From: an uncultured Candidatus Melainabacteria bacterium
GTDB lineage: Bacteria; Cyanobacteriota; Vampirovibrionia; Gastranaerophilales; Gastranaerophilaceae
Direction of reading: 5' to 3'
Length of the DNA stretch: 64,000 nucleotides
Assembly (NCBI GenBank): GCA_934700335.1
Contig: CAKUXM010000006.1
Span: forward strand, 24,165-88,164
Numbering within the stretch: position 1 is the first letter of the stretch; every line of letters starts with the position of its first letter. Below the pieces are notes generated by a model. It ran no database searches. It was not told the DNA's origin and was given only the letters and a program-made list of their open reading frames with translations. A program made the position numbers and the translations under genes. Shown piece after piece: positions 52,294 to 61,844 of the stretch.

Positions 52294-54633
52294 ATGACTC
52301 AAACTAAATGGATTATTAAAAGTTCAAAAGATGACAGAAAACCTTTGTTAGATAGATTATTAGAAATCAGAGGTTTAACTAAAAAAACTGAAATTGAGGA
52401 ATTTTTAAATCCATTAGAAATGAAACTTTCAGACCCAACAGCTTTTTCTGATATGGAAAAGGCTGTTGAGCGAATTTCCACTGCAATTGAAAAAGGTGAA
52501 AAAATCCTTATCTATGGCGATTTTGATGCAGACGGAATAACTTCTACGTCAATTCTTTTAAAAACGCTTACTCATCTTGGTGCAAATGTTGATTATTTCA
52601 TTCCAGATAGAGATGCAGACGGTCATGGTTTAAACAAAAAAAGATTAGTAAAACTTTTAACGCAAAAAATTAAACTTGTAATCACTGTGGATTGCGGTAT
52701 TAGTAATGTTGATGAGGTTGCATTTTTAAAAAGTTTTAAAGTTGATTGTATTTTAACAGACCACCACGAAGCGCCAGAAGTTTTGCCAGAGGCTTATGCA
52801 ATAATTAATCCAAAGGCTCCGAATTCATTACAAGAGGATTTACCTCTAAAAAAAATAGAGCATTTAACAGCTCTTGCAGGCTGTGGCGTTGCTTTTAAAT
52901 TAGCGCAAGCTCTATTAATTCATTATGAAAAAACAGATTATATTCCAACTCTAATTCCATTTGTTGCGCTTGGTACAATCGCTGATATCGTACCACTTAT
53001 CGGTGAAAACAGATACTTTGTTCAACGTGGGTTAGACTTAATCTCACAAGGGAAACATTATGGTTTAAAAAGACTTTTAGAACAATCTGGTTACAGTTTA
53101 GAAAATCTTACAAGTGAAAAAATAGCTTTTACCGTAGCTCCTAGAATAAACGCTTGTGGACGCTTAGATGACGTTAAGGCTGCATTAAATATTTTGATTT
53201 CTGAAAATAAACAAGAAATTGAAATGTCTATTATTGAAGTAAATAATTTTAATAAAGTCAGACAAGATTTATGCCAATCAACCTTCCTCCAAGCTTGTGA
53301 AATGCTTGGTAATTCTAAAGATAGTGCTATCGTTTTATTTAACAAGGATTGGCACATTGGTATTATCGGGATTGTTGCTTCAAAACTTGTTGAAAAATAT
53401 CATAAACCAACGTTTTTGATGACATATTCTGAAGAAACAAAATCTGTGAGATGTTCTGCAAGAAGTATTAAAGGTATTCATTTATATGAAACAATTTCTT
53501 CTATAAGTGAATTATTAGATGGTTTTGGTGGACATGAAATGGCTGCTGGACTTTCGTTTAGTTATGAAACGGCAAGTTTTGAGCAGGTTAAAAAAGCTCT
53601 TATTGATGCGGTAAATGAAGTTTCTAAAAATGTTGATTTAACTCCAACATTGGATATTGATTGTGAATTAGGAGTTGAGGATTTAGATTTGAGCTTGGTT
53701 GATGAAATTAGCAAGCTTGAACCTTTTGGGGCATCAAATCCTTCTCCAACTTTTTGTATAACTAACGCAATTTTAAAGAAAAAAATGTTAATGGGTTCTG
53801 AAAAAAATCATTTAAAACTTTTTGTTGAAAAAGATGGTAAAGAATTCCAATGCGTTCGTTGGAGTTTAGGTGATATTGCTTTGCTTGAAAAAGATACGCT
53901 TGATATAGCATTCTCACCTCAAATTAATGAATACAATGGCGATATTTCTCTTCAACTTTTGATTAAAGATATCCATAGCGAATATTTGAAAGAAGAAGAG
54001 AAAGAAGAAACTTCTGATATAAGTTTACACGATGACAGAAAGAAAAAAGATATTCTAAATTTGGTTGAGGATTACTGCAAAAATCCAAAGGCAGATGTCT
54101 TGATTTATGCAGAAGACAAAAATATCATTGATAGCTTAAAACCATACAAAACAATTTCTGAAAAAATATCAAGCACAAATAACTTACATCAAGCTAAGAC
54201 ATTGATGTTCTTTGATTATCCAACAGATGAAGAACACTACAAATATATTTTAGAGAAAGTTTTTCCAAAAAGAATTCATTTTATGGAGTACAACTCTTCA
54301 CCTCTAAAACTTTCGGACTTTATTAAAACAATTTCTGGCATGATAAAATTTGTTTGTAATAATAAAGGCGGGGAATTTGATATTTCTGGCGCTGCAAGCT
54401 TTTTATCAGTAAATAACATTGCAATTACTACAATCCTAGATATTTTAAACGAAAATAATATCATAAAAATTTTAGAGTCTAATGAAACTCAGTGCAAAAT
54501 TGAGCTTGGCAGTTCAAAAGATTTGCAATCTTGTATGACAGAAGAAATTAAAACAATTTTAGATGATATATATGAATTTAAAAACAAAATGGCAACAACG
54601 CCTGAATTGGAAGAGTATTTGAAAGAATTATAA
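52294..54633 (+). CDS. recJ: single-stranded-DNA-specific exonuclease RecJ
   Basis: DHH motifs (YGDFDADGITS, TVDCGIS, LTDHHE) and a DHHA1 region (GGHEMAAG). 779 aa with a long C-terminal extension. Confidence 0.92.
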   Translation: MTQTKWIIKSSKDDRKPLLDRLLEIRGLTKKTEIEEFLNPLEMKLSDPTAFSDMEKAVERISTAIEKGEKILIYGDFDADGITSTSILLKTLTHLGANVDYFIPDRDADGHGLNKKRLVKLLTQKIKLVITVDCGISNVDEVAFLKSFKVDCILTDHHEAPEVLPEAYAIINPKAPNSLQEDLPLKKIEHLTALAGCGVAFKLAQALLIHYEKTDYIPTLIPFVALGTIADIVPLIGENRYFVQRGLDLISQGKHYGLKRLLEQSGYSLENLTSEKIAFTVAPRINACGRLDDVKAALNILISENKQEIEMSIIEVNNFNKVRQDLCQSTFLQACEMLGNSKDSAIVLFNKDWHIGIIGIVASKLVEKYHKPTFLMTYSEETKSVRCSARSIKGIHLYETISSISELLDGFGGHEMAAGLSFSYETASFEQVKKALIDAVNEVSKNVDLTPTLDIDCELGVEDLDLSLVDEISKLEPFGASNPSPTFCITNAILKKKMLMGSEKNHLKLFVEKDGKEFQCVRWSLGDIALLEKDTLDIAFSPQINEYNGDISLQLLIKDIHSEYLKEEEKEETSDISLHDDRKKKDILNLVEDYCKNPKADVLIYAEDKNIIDSLKPYKTISEKISSTNNLHQAKTLMFFDYPTDEEHYKYILEKVFPKRIHFMEYNSSPLKLSDFIKTISGMIKFVCNNKGGEFDISGAASFLSVNNIAITTILDILNENNIIKILESNETQCKIELGSSKDLQSCMTEEIKTILDDIYEFKNKMATTPELEEYLKEL

Positions 54634-54634
54634 T

Positions 54635-54673
54635 AAACAAGAGGCGAAGCCGAAGGCTTCGCCTCTTGTTTTT
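54635..54673. terminator. GC-rich hairpin terminator after recJ (first of two adjacent hairpins)
   Basis: 17-bp stem AAACAAGAGGCGAAGCC / GGCTTCGCCTCTTGTTT plus a T-run. A second hairpin AAGGGCGAAACGCT/AGCGTTTTGCCCTT lies at 54676-54707, next to the rubredoxin stop. Confidence 0.8.
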
Positions 54674-54709
54674 GAAAGGGCGAAACGCTAAAGCGTTTTG
54701 CCCTTCTTT

Positions 54710-54832
54710 TTAGTCTTCTATTTTTTCAAATGCTTCTTTACCGACACCACATTCTGGGCATAAATAATCATCTGATTCTTTGGTTAAATCACCTTCGTAG
54801 ATGTAACCACAAATTGTACATTCATATTTCAT
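54710..54832 (-). CDS. short rubredoxin-like protein (40 aa)
   Basis: Below the track cutoff and verified codon by codon: [40 protein letters not shown]. CxxCG ... CPxCG rubredoxin knuckles. AAGGAG SD. Confidence 0.8.
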   Translation of the reverse strand: MKYECTICGYIYEGDLTKESDDYLCPECGVGKEAFEKIED

Positions 54833-54895
54833 AATCGTTTCTCCTTTTCTAATTCAGTTTAAATTGATTATAAAATATTTTAATTGTTCAGTCGA

Positions 54896-55870
54896 CTATT
54901 TTTTAGCAGTAAGCATTTCTTTGATACCATCGATTGAACTTAGAACACCAGTTGCTTCGTAAGGTAAGTATATAACTTTGTTATCTTGTCCAGAAGTAAT
55001 TTGTTTAAGTGTTTCTAAGTATTTCATGGCGATTAAGTATTTATCAGCTTGACCGTTTTGAGCTAATGCGTCAACAATCATTCTGATAGCTTCTTTTTCA
55101 CCGTCGGCTTGAAGAATTCTAGCTTGTTTTTCCCCGTCAGCTTTTAAGATTGCAGCTTGCTTTTCACCTTCAGCTTTGTTGATAGCTGCTTCTTTTTCAC
55201 CTTGTGCTTTAAGGATTGCAGATTGTTTCAAACCTTCTGATTCAAGGATTACAGCACGTTTTTCACGTTCTGCTTTCATTTGTTTTTCCATTGCTGCTTG
55301 GATATCAGCTGGTGGGTTGATGTCTTGAAGTTCTACACGGTTAACTTTAACACCCCATTTATTTGTTGCTTCATCAAGGATTGCTCTTAATTCTTGGTTA
55401 ATTTTGTCTCTAGAAACAAGTGTTTCATCAAGATCTAATTGACCAACTAAGTTTCTTAAAGTTGTTTGTGTTAATTTTTCGATTGCATCAACAAGGTTTG
55501 TGATTTCGTAAACTGCTGATTTAGAATCAACAATTTGGAAATATAATAAAGCGTTAATGCTGATTGTTACGTTATCTTTTGTGATTACGTTTTGTCTTGG
55601 AAAATCGTATACTGATTCTCTCATATCGATTTTGTTCATAACTCTTACGTAAGAATAAGTTTGACCGTCGATACCTTTTTGTGAAACCTTCATTGTGATA
55701 CCGTGAGGAGTATCAATGAATGGAATGATGAAATTCAAACCTGGGCGTAAAACAGCATGGAATTTACCCCAACGTTCAATAATCATTTCTTCAGTTTGTT
55801 GAACAATAATTACACCTTTAAGTACATAAATTACTGCAAGTATAAGTAATATAAATAAGAAAAGTCCCAT
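54896..55870 (-). CDS. SPFH/band-7 (stomatin-like) protein
   Basis: N-terminal TM segment, an SPFH domain, and a C-terminal repeated AEGEKQAAILKADGEKQARILQADGEKEA. Follows nfeD, as in the usual NfeD-SPFH operon. Confidence 0.9.
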   Translation of the reverse strand: MGLFLFILLILAVIYVLKGVIIVQQTEEMIIERWGKFHAVLRPGLNFIIPFIDTPHGITMKVSQKGIDGQTYSYVRVMNKIDMRESVYDFPRQNVITKDNVTISINALLYFQIVDSKSAVYEITNLVDAIEKLTQTTLRNLVGQLDLDETLVSRDKINQELRAILDEATNKWGVKVNRVELQDINPPADIQAAMEKQMKAEREKRAVILESEGLKQSAILKAQGEKEAAINKAEGEKQAAILKADGEKQARILQADGEKEAIRMIVDALAQNGQADKYLIAMKYLETLKQITSGQDNKVIYLPYEATGVLSSIDGIKEMLTAKK

Positions 55871-55880
55871 ATTTGCTCCT

Positions 55881-56306
55881 TTAAATTTTTTCTACATACA
55901 TAATAATACTGTCGTTTTTGATAATTTTAACTTCTGAATTTTCAGGAATTTCTTCTTCACTATTTAGAAGTCTAGCCTCCCAACGTTCGCCGTAAAGAGT
56001 TATTACGCCTGAATATTTTGTAACTTTTTCAAGAACTTTTGCGGTTTTTCCAATGTATTTTTCTTCAACGCCAGAAGCTTCTTTGTCTTTTTGATTGTTT
56101 CTTAAAAATGGTCTAAACAATAAAAGCGAAGCGACTGAAACAACGACAAAAACTGGCACGAGCACATTGTAAGTATTAAAAAACATTGCACAGATACCAG
56201 TTGCAAAAGAACCTATCGCCAAACTTAAAAAGAATGTCGTAGGAGTTACAATTTCTAGGATTAGTAATAAAAATCCTAAGGCTAAAAATGCTTTCCAAAG
56301 AACCAT
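55881..56306 (-). CDS. NfeD-family membrane protein
   Basis: Three N-terminal TM segments plus a C-terminal OB-like domain. Conserved pairing with the SPFH gene. Confidence 0.85.
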   Translation of the reverse strand: MVLWKAFLALGFLLLILEIVTPTTFFLSLAIGSFATGICAMFFNTYNVLVPVFVVVSVASLLLFRPFLRNNQKDKEASGVEEKYIGKTAKVLEKVTKYSGVITLYGERWEARLLNSEEEIPENSEVKIIKNDSIIMYVEKI

Positions 56307-56317
56307 TTTTAATAACC

Positions 56318-56527
56318 TTATTCAGCAGAAGCTTCAACGATATCGTTCATAGCATCAACCATAGCATCGATATCAATACCATGAACTTTAGCACCAGCTT
56401 CTAAGTTTTCAAATTTTGCTGCTGCACAACCAATGCAACCCATTCCAAATCTTTGGAATACTTCTATTGTTTCTGGGTAAGATTGTACGATTTCCATGAT
56501 GCCCATTTCTTTAGTAATTTTTGCCAT
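56318..56527 (-). CDS. DUF1858-like small redox protein (69 aa)
   Basis: MAKITKEMGIMEIVQSYPETIEVFQRFGMGCIGCAAA has the hybrid-cluster-protein-associated disulfide domain pattern. The start is set at ATG 56527, 7 nt after AGGAG. Confidence 0.75.
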   Translation of the reverse strand: MAKITKEMGIMEIVQSYPETIEVFQRFGMGCIGCAAAKFENLEAGAKVHGIDIDAMVDAMNDIVEASAE

Positions 56528-56567
56528 ATTTTTTTCTCCTTTAAATAAAATGTTGACTTTTAAAAAA

Positions 56568-56586
56568 ATATTCTTAAAAAGAATAT
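56568..56586. promoter_or_regulatory. 19-bp palindrome, candidate operator
   Basis: ATATTCTT-AAA-AAGAATAT (8-bp perfect arms). Lies 41 nt upstream of the DUF1858-like gene start and 43 nt upstream of the divergent 54-codon ORF. Confidence 0.35.
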
Positions 56587-56628
56587 GTAACATTACAGTT
56601 TATTATACACAAAAAATGGAGAAATGCT

Positions 56629-56793
56629 ATGGAACTATTGAAGAATTTTTTTGACAACGAAAGAACATGCTGTGTTGGATTATGCTCATTAAGAAGAAAG
56701 ATTTTCGTACAAGACCAAATGGAAAGATACATTAACCAACAAATGTCTATCTACAATCGCAATATCTTTATTAACAGACAACAAACAATGTAA
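56629..56793 (+). CDS. possible small protein (54 aa)
   Basis: GGAG is 7 nt before ATG 56629. Translates MELLKNFFDNERTCCVGLCSLRRKIFVQDQMERYINQQMSIYNRNIFINRQQTM. Followed by a good terminator at 56864-56903. No homology recognised. Confidence 0.3.
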   Translation: MELLKNFFDNERTCCVGLCSLRRKIFVQDQMERYINQQMSIYNRNIFINRQQTM

Positions 56794-56863
56794 ATAAAAT
56801 TATGAAAAAGAAAAAGAAGTAGAAAATAAATTAAGAGAGAGAGGAGAGTTAAAACCAAAGTAA

Positions 56864-56903
56864 GCCGAATTTTGCCCCACTTCGGGGCAACGTTCGGTTT
56901 TTT
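56864..56903 (+). terminator. rho-independent terminator
   Basis: Two-tier stem (CCGAA..TTGCCCC / GGGGCAA..TTCGG) followed by TTTTTT. Confidence 0.75.
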
Positions 56904-56925
56904 AATTTTGTTGGACATTCTGGCA

Positions 56926-56949
56926 GTCGGCTTAGTAAAGCCGACCTAC
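56926..56949. repeat. short hairpin repeat GTCGGCTTAGTAAAGCCGACCTAC
   Basis: A near-identical copy GTCGGCTTGGTAAAGCCAATCTAC lies at 60999-61022. The CGACCTAC end also closes the palindrome at 6850-6929. Confidence 0.7.
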
Positions 56950-57049
56950 TACTGAAATTTTGACCAACTATAATTGGTCAAAATCTTTTAGAGCTATAAT
57001 CTTTGTAATCATATTTTATTGAATAATTTTCAAAAATTTAAACAAAATA

Positions 57050-57313
57050 AAAAGGCCGTACCACTGTCTATCGAAATTTAACACTAACAAATCCTTAAAT
57101 ATTACCTCTTGAATAGGACTACGATACCCGTAAAGGTTACCTTAGTGCTGCTATATTTCTATCCTGACACGGTTCGATATTTCACGCCACCGTAACCTAG
57201 ACCGTCAACAGCAATATTTAGTTCATTGAGAGAATTAAACCCCTCACAACAGGCTCTGCCCCTCGCTAAGCATTCGAGTCAAGAGATTTGCTACGTCCCC
57301 AGGGAGTACGACC
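57050..57313 (-). ncRNA. ffs: signal recognition particle RNA, long (Alu-domain-containing) form
   Basis: The reverse complement contains GUCAGGAUAGAAAUAUAGCAGC, the conserved helix-8 GUCAGG/AGCAGC loop motif capped by a GAAA tetraloop. 5' GGUCGUAC pairs with 3' GUACGGCC, closing a ~260-nt molecule. TGATAAAAT (extended -10) ends 7 nt upstream of the 5' G. A U-run follows the 3' end. Confidence 0.85.
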
Positions 57314-57357
57314 TAAATTTATTTTATCATAAATATTTTTTTGAGCAATTCAACGAT

Positions 57358-58665
57358 TTATTGATTGTTTGAACCTATGCAAGTATAATCAAACCCTTTT
57401 TCTAAAAGTCTTTCGCTATTGTATTGGTTTCTGCCGTCAAAAATAACAGGGGTTTTAAGTGTATTTTTTATTTTTTCAAAATCAGGTCTTCTAAATTCGT
57501 TCCATTCTGTCAAAAGTAGTAACACATCAGCATTTTCAAGTGCATCGTATGAATTTTTTGCATAAGTTATTCTATCTTGAAAATAAAATTTTGCCTCGTC
57601 GTTTGCTTTTGGGTCATAGGCTTGAACTTTTGCACCACGTTTCAATAATTCGTTTATTATTGTGATTGAAGGAGCTTCTCGCATGTCGTTTGTTTTAGGC
57701 TTGAAAGCAAGTCCCCATACGGCAAAAGTTTTACCAGTCAAATCTTCACCAAATTTTTTAATAATTTTGTCTATAAATAATAATCTTTGTTTTTTATTTG
57801 TTTCATCAGCTGATTTAATTATGCTCATATCACAACCGTTTTCAATTCCTGTTTTGATAAGTGCTTTAACGTCTTTTGGAAAACAACTTCCACCATAACC
57901 TAGACCTGCAAATAGAAATTTGTTACCGATACGAGAGTCCGTTGTCATACCAATTCTTACCATTTCAGCATTTGCGCCGACTTTTTCACAAAGATTAGCT
58001 ATTTCATTTGCGTAAGAAATTTTTACTGCCAAAAATGAATTTGAGGCATATTTTGTCATTTCTGCTGATTTAACGTCCATTACAATAACTCTGTTACCTG
58101 TTCTGAAAAATGGCGCATAAATTTCTTGCATAATTTGAGTTGCTTTGTCAGAATTTGAACCGATAATAACTCGGTCTGGTGATAAGAAATCATTTACAGC
58201 ATTACCTTGTTTCAAAAATTCTGGGTTTGATACGACATCAAAATTATAAGACGTATTTGCTTTAATTATTTCAGAAACTTTTTCTGCTGTACCTACTGGG
58301 ACAGTTGATTTATCAACAATGACTTTGTATTCGTTCATTGATTTAGCGATTGATTTTGCAACATCATAAACATATTGCAAATCGGCTGAACCATCTTCAC
58401 CTTGTGGAGTTCCGACTGCAATAAAACATACTAGAGATTTTTCAACTGCAGATTTTAAATCAGTTGAAAAAGATAATCTGTTTTCAAGAACATTTGATTT
58501 AACAAGTTCTTCTAAAGAAGGTTCATAGATAGGTATTATACCGTTTTTAAGCTGAGAAATTTTGTCTTCATTGTTGTCAATACAGATAACTTTGTTACCC
58601 ATATCAGCAAGACAAGCTCCTGCTACTAATCCAACATATCCTGTTCCAATTACGCAAATGTTCAT
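57358..58665 (-). CDS. ugd: UDP-glucose 6-dehydrogenase
   Basis: N-terminal Rossmann motif VIGTGYVGL and catalytic GGSCFPKD. The start is set to ATG 58665 (MNICVIG). Confidence 0.92.
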   Translation of the reverse strand: MNICVIGTGYVGLVAGACLADMGNKVICIDNNEDKISQLKNGIIPIYEPSLEELVKSNVLENRLSFSTDLKSAVEKSLVCFIAVGTPQGEDGSADLQYVYDVAKSIAKSMNEYKVIVDKSTVPVGTAEKVSEIIKANTSYNFDVVSNPEFLKQGNAVNDFLSPDRVIIGSNSDKATQIMQEIYAPFFRTGNRVIVMDVKSAEMTKYASNSFLAVKISYANEIANLCEKVGANAEMVRIGMTTDSRIGNKFLFAGLGYGGSCFPKDVKALIKTGIENGCDMSIIKSADETNKKQRLLFIDKIIKKFGEDLTGKTFAVWGLAFKPKTNDMREAPSITIINELLKRGAKVQAYDPKANDEAKFYFQDRITYAKNSYDALENADVLLLLTEWNEFRRPDFEKIKNTLKTPVIFDGRNQYNSERLLEKGFDYTCIGSNNQ

Positions 58666-58770
58666 TAATAATATCCTTTTCAATCATTTTATCATGAAAA
58701 TTTGTATATAGTTGGCGAATGGCATTAGATTTTTTTTCATATACTCTAAAAAAATAGAAAGGAGTTTATT

Positions 58771-59160
58771 ATGACTGAAAAATTAGAATTATACAGATGT
58801 GAAATTTGTGGAAATATGGTTGAGGTTGTTATTTCTGGGGTAGGAGAACTTGTTTGTTGCGGAAAGCCTATGAAAAAACTTACGCCAAAAAATGATGAGG
58901 TAGAAAAAGACATGATGGAAAAACACATGCCCACAATCAACCGAACAGATGACGGGTTTGAAGTGGTTGTAGGTTCTAATACACACCCAATGGAACCAGA
59001 ACATTATATTCAATTTATTGAAGTACATTCAGATGATGCAAAATGTATTAAACGTGTATATTTTGAACCACACGAAGTACCAATTTTAGAAAGCAAATGT
59101 AAATGCGCAACTCCACATGCAAGAGCATATTGCAATATTCATGGACTATATCGCTCGTAA
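58771..59160 (+). CDS. dfx: desulfoferrodoxin (2Fe superoxide reductase)
   Basis: N-terminal desulforedoxin-type CEICGN...CCGKPM plus a C-terminal SOR domain (HMP, HPMEPEHYI, C..H). 129 aa. Confidence 0.9.
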   Translation: MTEKLELYRCEICGNMVEVVISGVGELVCCGKPMKKLTPKNDEVEKDMMEKHMPTINRTDDGFEVVVGSNTHPMEPEHYIQFIEVHSDDAKCIKRVYFEPHEVPILESKCKCATPHARAYCNIHGLYRS

Positions 59161-59257
59161 TAAAAGATACTTTTTAAAGAAGCGAGGAAAATAAATACAT
59201 ACTAAAAGAGGTGAGTAGAAATTTCTACTCACCTCTTTACTAATATCTATTCACAAA

Positions 59258-60976
59258 TTAAACATCAAAGATGTCAATGAAATTAAATATCTTAGTTGAG
59301 AAGATACCTTTATCTGTAATCTTCAATTCAGGAATTACAGGTAAAGCTAAAAATCCCATTGTCATAAATGGATCACCAACTGTGCAACCGATTTTTCTTG
59401 TTGCTTCATTCAATTCAGCTGATTTTTGAGTTACATAGTTAATATCTTTATCAGACATTAAACCTGCAACTGGTAAAGCTAATTTAGCAAGGATTTCGCC
59501 ATTTCTTACAACAACTTTACCACCTTGTGATTTAACAAGTTCTCTTTGTGCAATCAACATATCTTCGTCATTCGTACCGATAATAATCATATTATGAGAA
59601 TCATGTGCAACAGTTGACGCAATAGCACCCTCTTTAATACCAAAGCCTTTTACGAAACCTTTACCAATATTACCTGTTGCTTTGTGTCTTTCAACAACGC
59701 ATATTTTTAATACGTCGTTTTCGACGTCAGATACTGCTAAACCGTTTTCAACTTTTATGTTTACAACAGAGTCTTTAGTAATAAGTTGTTGAGGGATAAT
59801 TTCGATTGCTCTAACTTTGTTGCCTTTTGCAGGAATTTGGAAACAGTCTTCTTCAATCCAACCAACGTTTACAGAACCACGAGTTTCTGGAACCTTGATA
59901 TCTTCTAATGATTTAATAAGTTTGCCGTTTTCTGCGACAACTTCACCGTCTTTGATAACCATTTTAGGTTTAGTAACGTCTTCCATTGACTCAAATACGT
60001 TGAAATCTGCTCTGTAACCAGGAGCAATAGCGCCTAAATCTTGTAATTTAAAGTATTCAGCAGTATTCAAACTTGCCATTTGAATAGCTTTGATTGGGTT
60101 AACGTTGTTATCGATTGCTCTTTGAACCATACCGTTAATGTGTACATACAAATCTTCTGGGTGTCTGTCATCAGTAACGAAGATTAATTTTCTATCATTG
60201 TTGTGTTGTAAGATAGGCATTAAAGCATCTAAGTCTTTTGCCGCTGTACCTTCACGAACCATGATGTACATACCTTGTCTCAATTTGTCTAAAGCTTGTT
60301 CTGGGTCTGTGCATTCGTGGTCTGATGTAACTCCGCTTGCAATGTATGCGCAAAGTTCTTTACCAGTAACTTGTGGTGCGTGCCCGTCAACACGTTTGTT
60401 GTTTTGTAATGCTAAATCGATTTTAGCCATAATGTTTGCATCTCTACTTAAAACACCTGGTACGTTCATCATTTCTGCTAAACCTAGAACCCAATCTTTA
60501 TCCATTAATAAAGATAAATCGTATGAGTTTAGTTCAAAACCAGAAGTTTCAAAAGATGTTGCAGGTACGCAAGAAGGAAGCATTGTGTAAACTCTCAAAG
60601 GTAAATTTTGAGAAGCTTCTCTCATAAAGCTAATACCGTGTAAACCTAATACATTTGAGATTTCGTGAGGGTCAGTTACAACAGTTGTTGTACCAGCTGG
60701 AACTACAACTTGTGCAAATCTGTGTGGTAACATCATTGAGCTTTCAATGTGTACGTGTCCGTCAATAAATCCAGGAGTTAAGTATGCACCTTTTAAGTCA
60801 ATCTCTTTTTCGCCTTCGTAACCTTTGCCTACGCCGGCAATTCTGCCAGCCACGATTGCTACTTCAGAATCATAAATTTCTTCTGTTAGAACGTTTACAA
60901 GTTTTGCATTTTTGATTACTAAATCTGCTTTCTTTTCACCTAATGCAACTTCTATAAGTCTTTCTTTTTTTAACAT
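59258..60976 (-). CDS. ade: adenine deaminase
   Basis: Amidohydrolase metal motif GFIDGHVHIESS and typical Ade length (572 aa) and sequence. Confidence 0.9.
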   Translation of the reverse strand: MLKKERLIEVALGEKKADLVIKNAKLVNVLTEEIYDSEVAIVAGRIAGVGKGYEGEKEIDLKGAYLTPGFIDGHVHIESSMMLPHRFAQVVVPAGTTTVVTDPHEISNVLGLHGISFMREASQNLPLRVYTMLPSCVPATSFETSGFELNSYDLSLLMDKDWVLGLAEMMNVPGVLSRDANIMAKIDLALQNNKRVDGHAPQVTGKELCAYIASGVTSDHECTDPEQALDKLRQGMYIMVREGTAAKDLDALMPILQHNNDRKLIFVTDDRHPEDLYVHINGMVQRAIDNNVNPIKAIQMASLNTAEYFKLQDLGAIAPGYRADFNVFESMEDVTKPKMVIKDGEVVAENGKLIKSLEDIKVPETRGSVNVGWIEEDCFQIPAKGNKVRAIEIIPQQLITKDSVVNIKVENGLAVSDVENDVLKICVVERHKATGNIGKGFVKGFGIKEGAIASTVAHDSHNMIIIGTNDEDMLIAQRELVKSQGGKVVVRNGEILAKLALPVAGLMSDKDINYVTQKSAELNEATRKIGCTVGDPFMTMGFLALPVIPELKITDKGIFSTKIFNFIDIFDV

Positions 60977-60998
60977 TTTTGTCCTTTCGTTTCTTGTT

Positions 60999-61022
60999 GT
61001 CGGCTTGGTAAAGCCAATCTAC
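60999..61022. repeat. short hairpin repeat (second copy), part of a small repeat cluster between yebC and ade
   Basis: GTCGGCTTGGTAAAGCCAATCTAC. Followed at 61058-61090 by TTATTGCGAGGAGCAAAGCAACGTGTCCAATCT, related to the CATTGCGA modules of cluster B. Confidence 0.65.
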
Positions 61023-61094
61023 AATATAAAATTGTTATTTGTCGTCAACTACCTTTGTTATTGCGAGGAGCAAAGCAACGTGTCCAATCTACGA

Positions 61095-61844
61095 CTAAAT
61101 ATCTAATTGTTCCATCAATTCATCACTAATATCAAAGTTTGCATAAACATTTTGAACATCATCGTGTTCTTCAAGTTTGTCAATCAATAACATAATGTGT
61201 TTAGCAACTGTTGGGTCTGTGATTTCAATTTCGTTTTCTGGAATTCTTGTTAATTCTGCTGAAACGTGAGTAAAACCGGCATTTTCAAGACCTTCAACTA
61301 CTGATTGGAAATCAGCAACAGATGTGATAATTTTGTTATCTTCTTCATCTTCAATAAAATCTTCTGCGCCTAAATTTATTGCAGCATCAACGATTGAGTC
61401 CCAATTATCAGATTTTTCAAAAGTAATTTGACCTACTTGTTTAAACATCCAGCCAACACAACCAGTTTCGCCTAAATTTCCATTAAATTTAGTAAAATAA
61501 CTTCTGATATCACCAGCTGTACGGTTTCTGTTATCAGTCATTGCCTCAACAACAACGGCAACACCGCCTGCTGCATATCCTTCGTAAGTTAATTCTTCGT
61601 AGTTCTCAGCTGCTCCTGAACCAGAACCTTTTTCGATAGCTCTTTTAATATTATCGTTTGGAAGACCTGCTGCTTTTGCTTTTTCAACGGCTGTTCTTAA
61701 ACGAAAGTTTGCTTTTAAGTCTGGGCCACCTAATCTTGATGCTACGATAATTTCTCTAGAAAATTTTTGGAAAACTACCGCTCTTTGTGAATCTACTTTA
61801 GCTTTTTTATGCTTTGTTGTTGCCCATTTTGAATGTCCACTCAT
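61095..61844 (-). CDS. yebC: YebC/PmpR-family transcriptional regulator
   Basis: MSGHSKWATTKHKKA N-terminus is diagnostic. 249 aa. Confidence 0.95.
   Translation of the reverse strand: MSGHSKWATTKHKKAKVDSQRAVVFQKFSREIIVASRLGGPDLKANFRLRTAVEKAKAAGLPNDNIKRAIEKGSGSGAAENYEELTYEGYAAGGVAVVVEAMTDNRNRTAGDIRSYFTKFNGNLGETGCVGWMFKQVGQITFEKSDNWDSIVDAAINLGAEDFIEDEEDNKIITSVADFQSVVEGLENAGFTHVSAELTRIPENEIEITDPTVAKHIMLLIDKLEEHDDVQNVYANFDISDELMEQLDI

Noticed and set aside
60977-61094. Purine riboswitch upstream of adenine deaminase.
   Set aside because: The reverse complement shows only the hairpin repeats (GTCGGCTTGGTAAAGCC..., TTGCGAGGAGCAAAGCAA). The conserved purine-aptamer loops and junction are absent.
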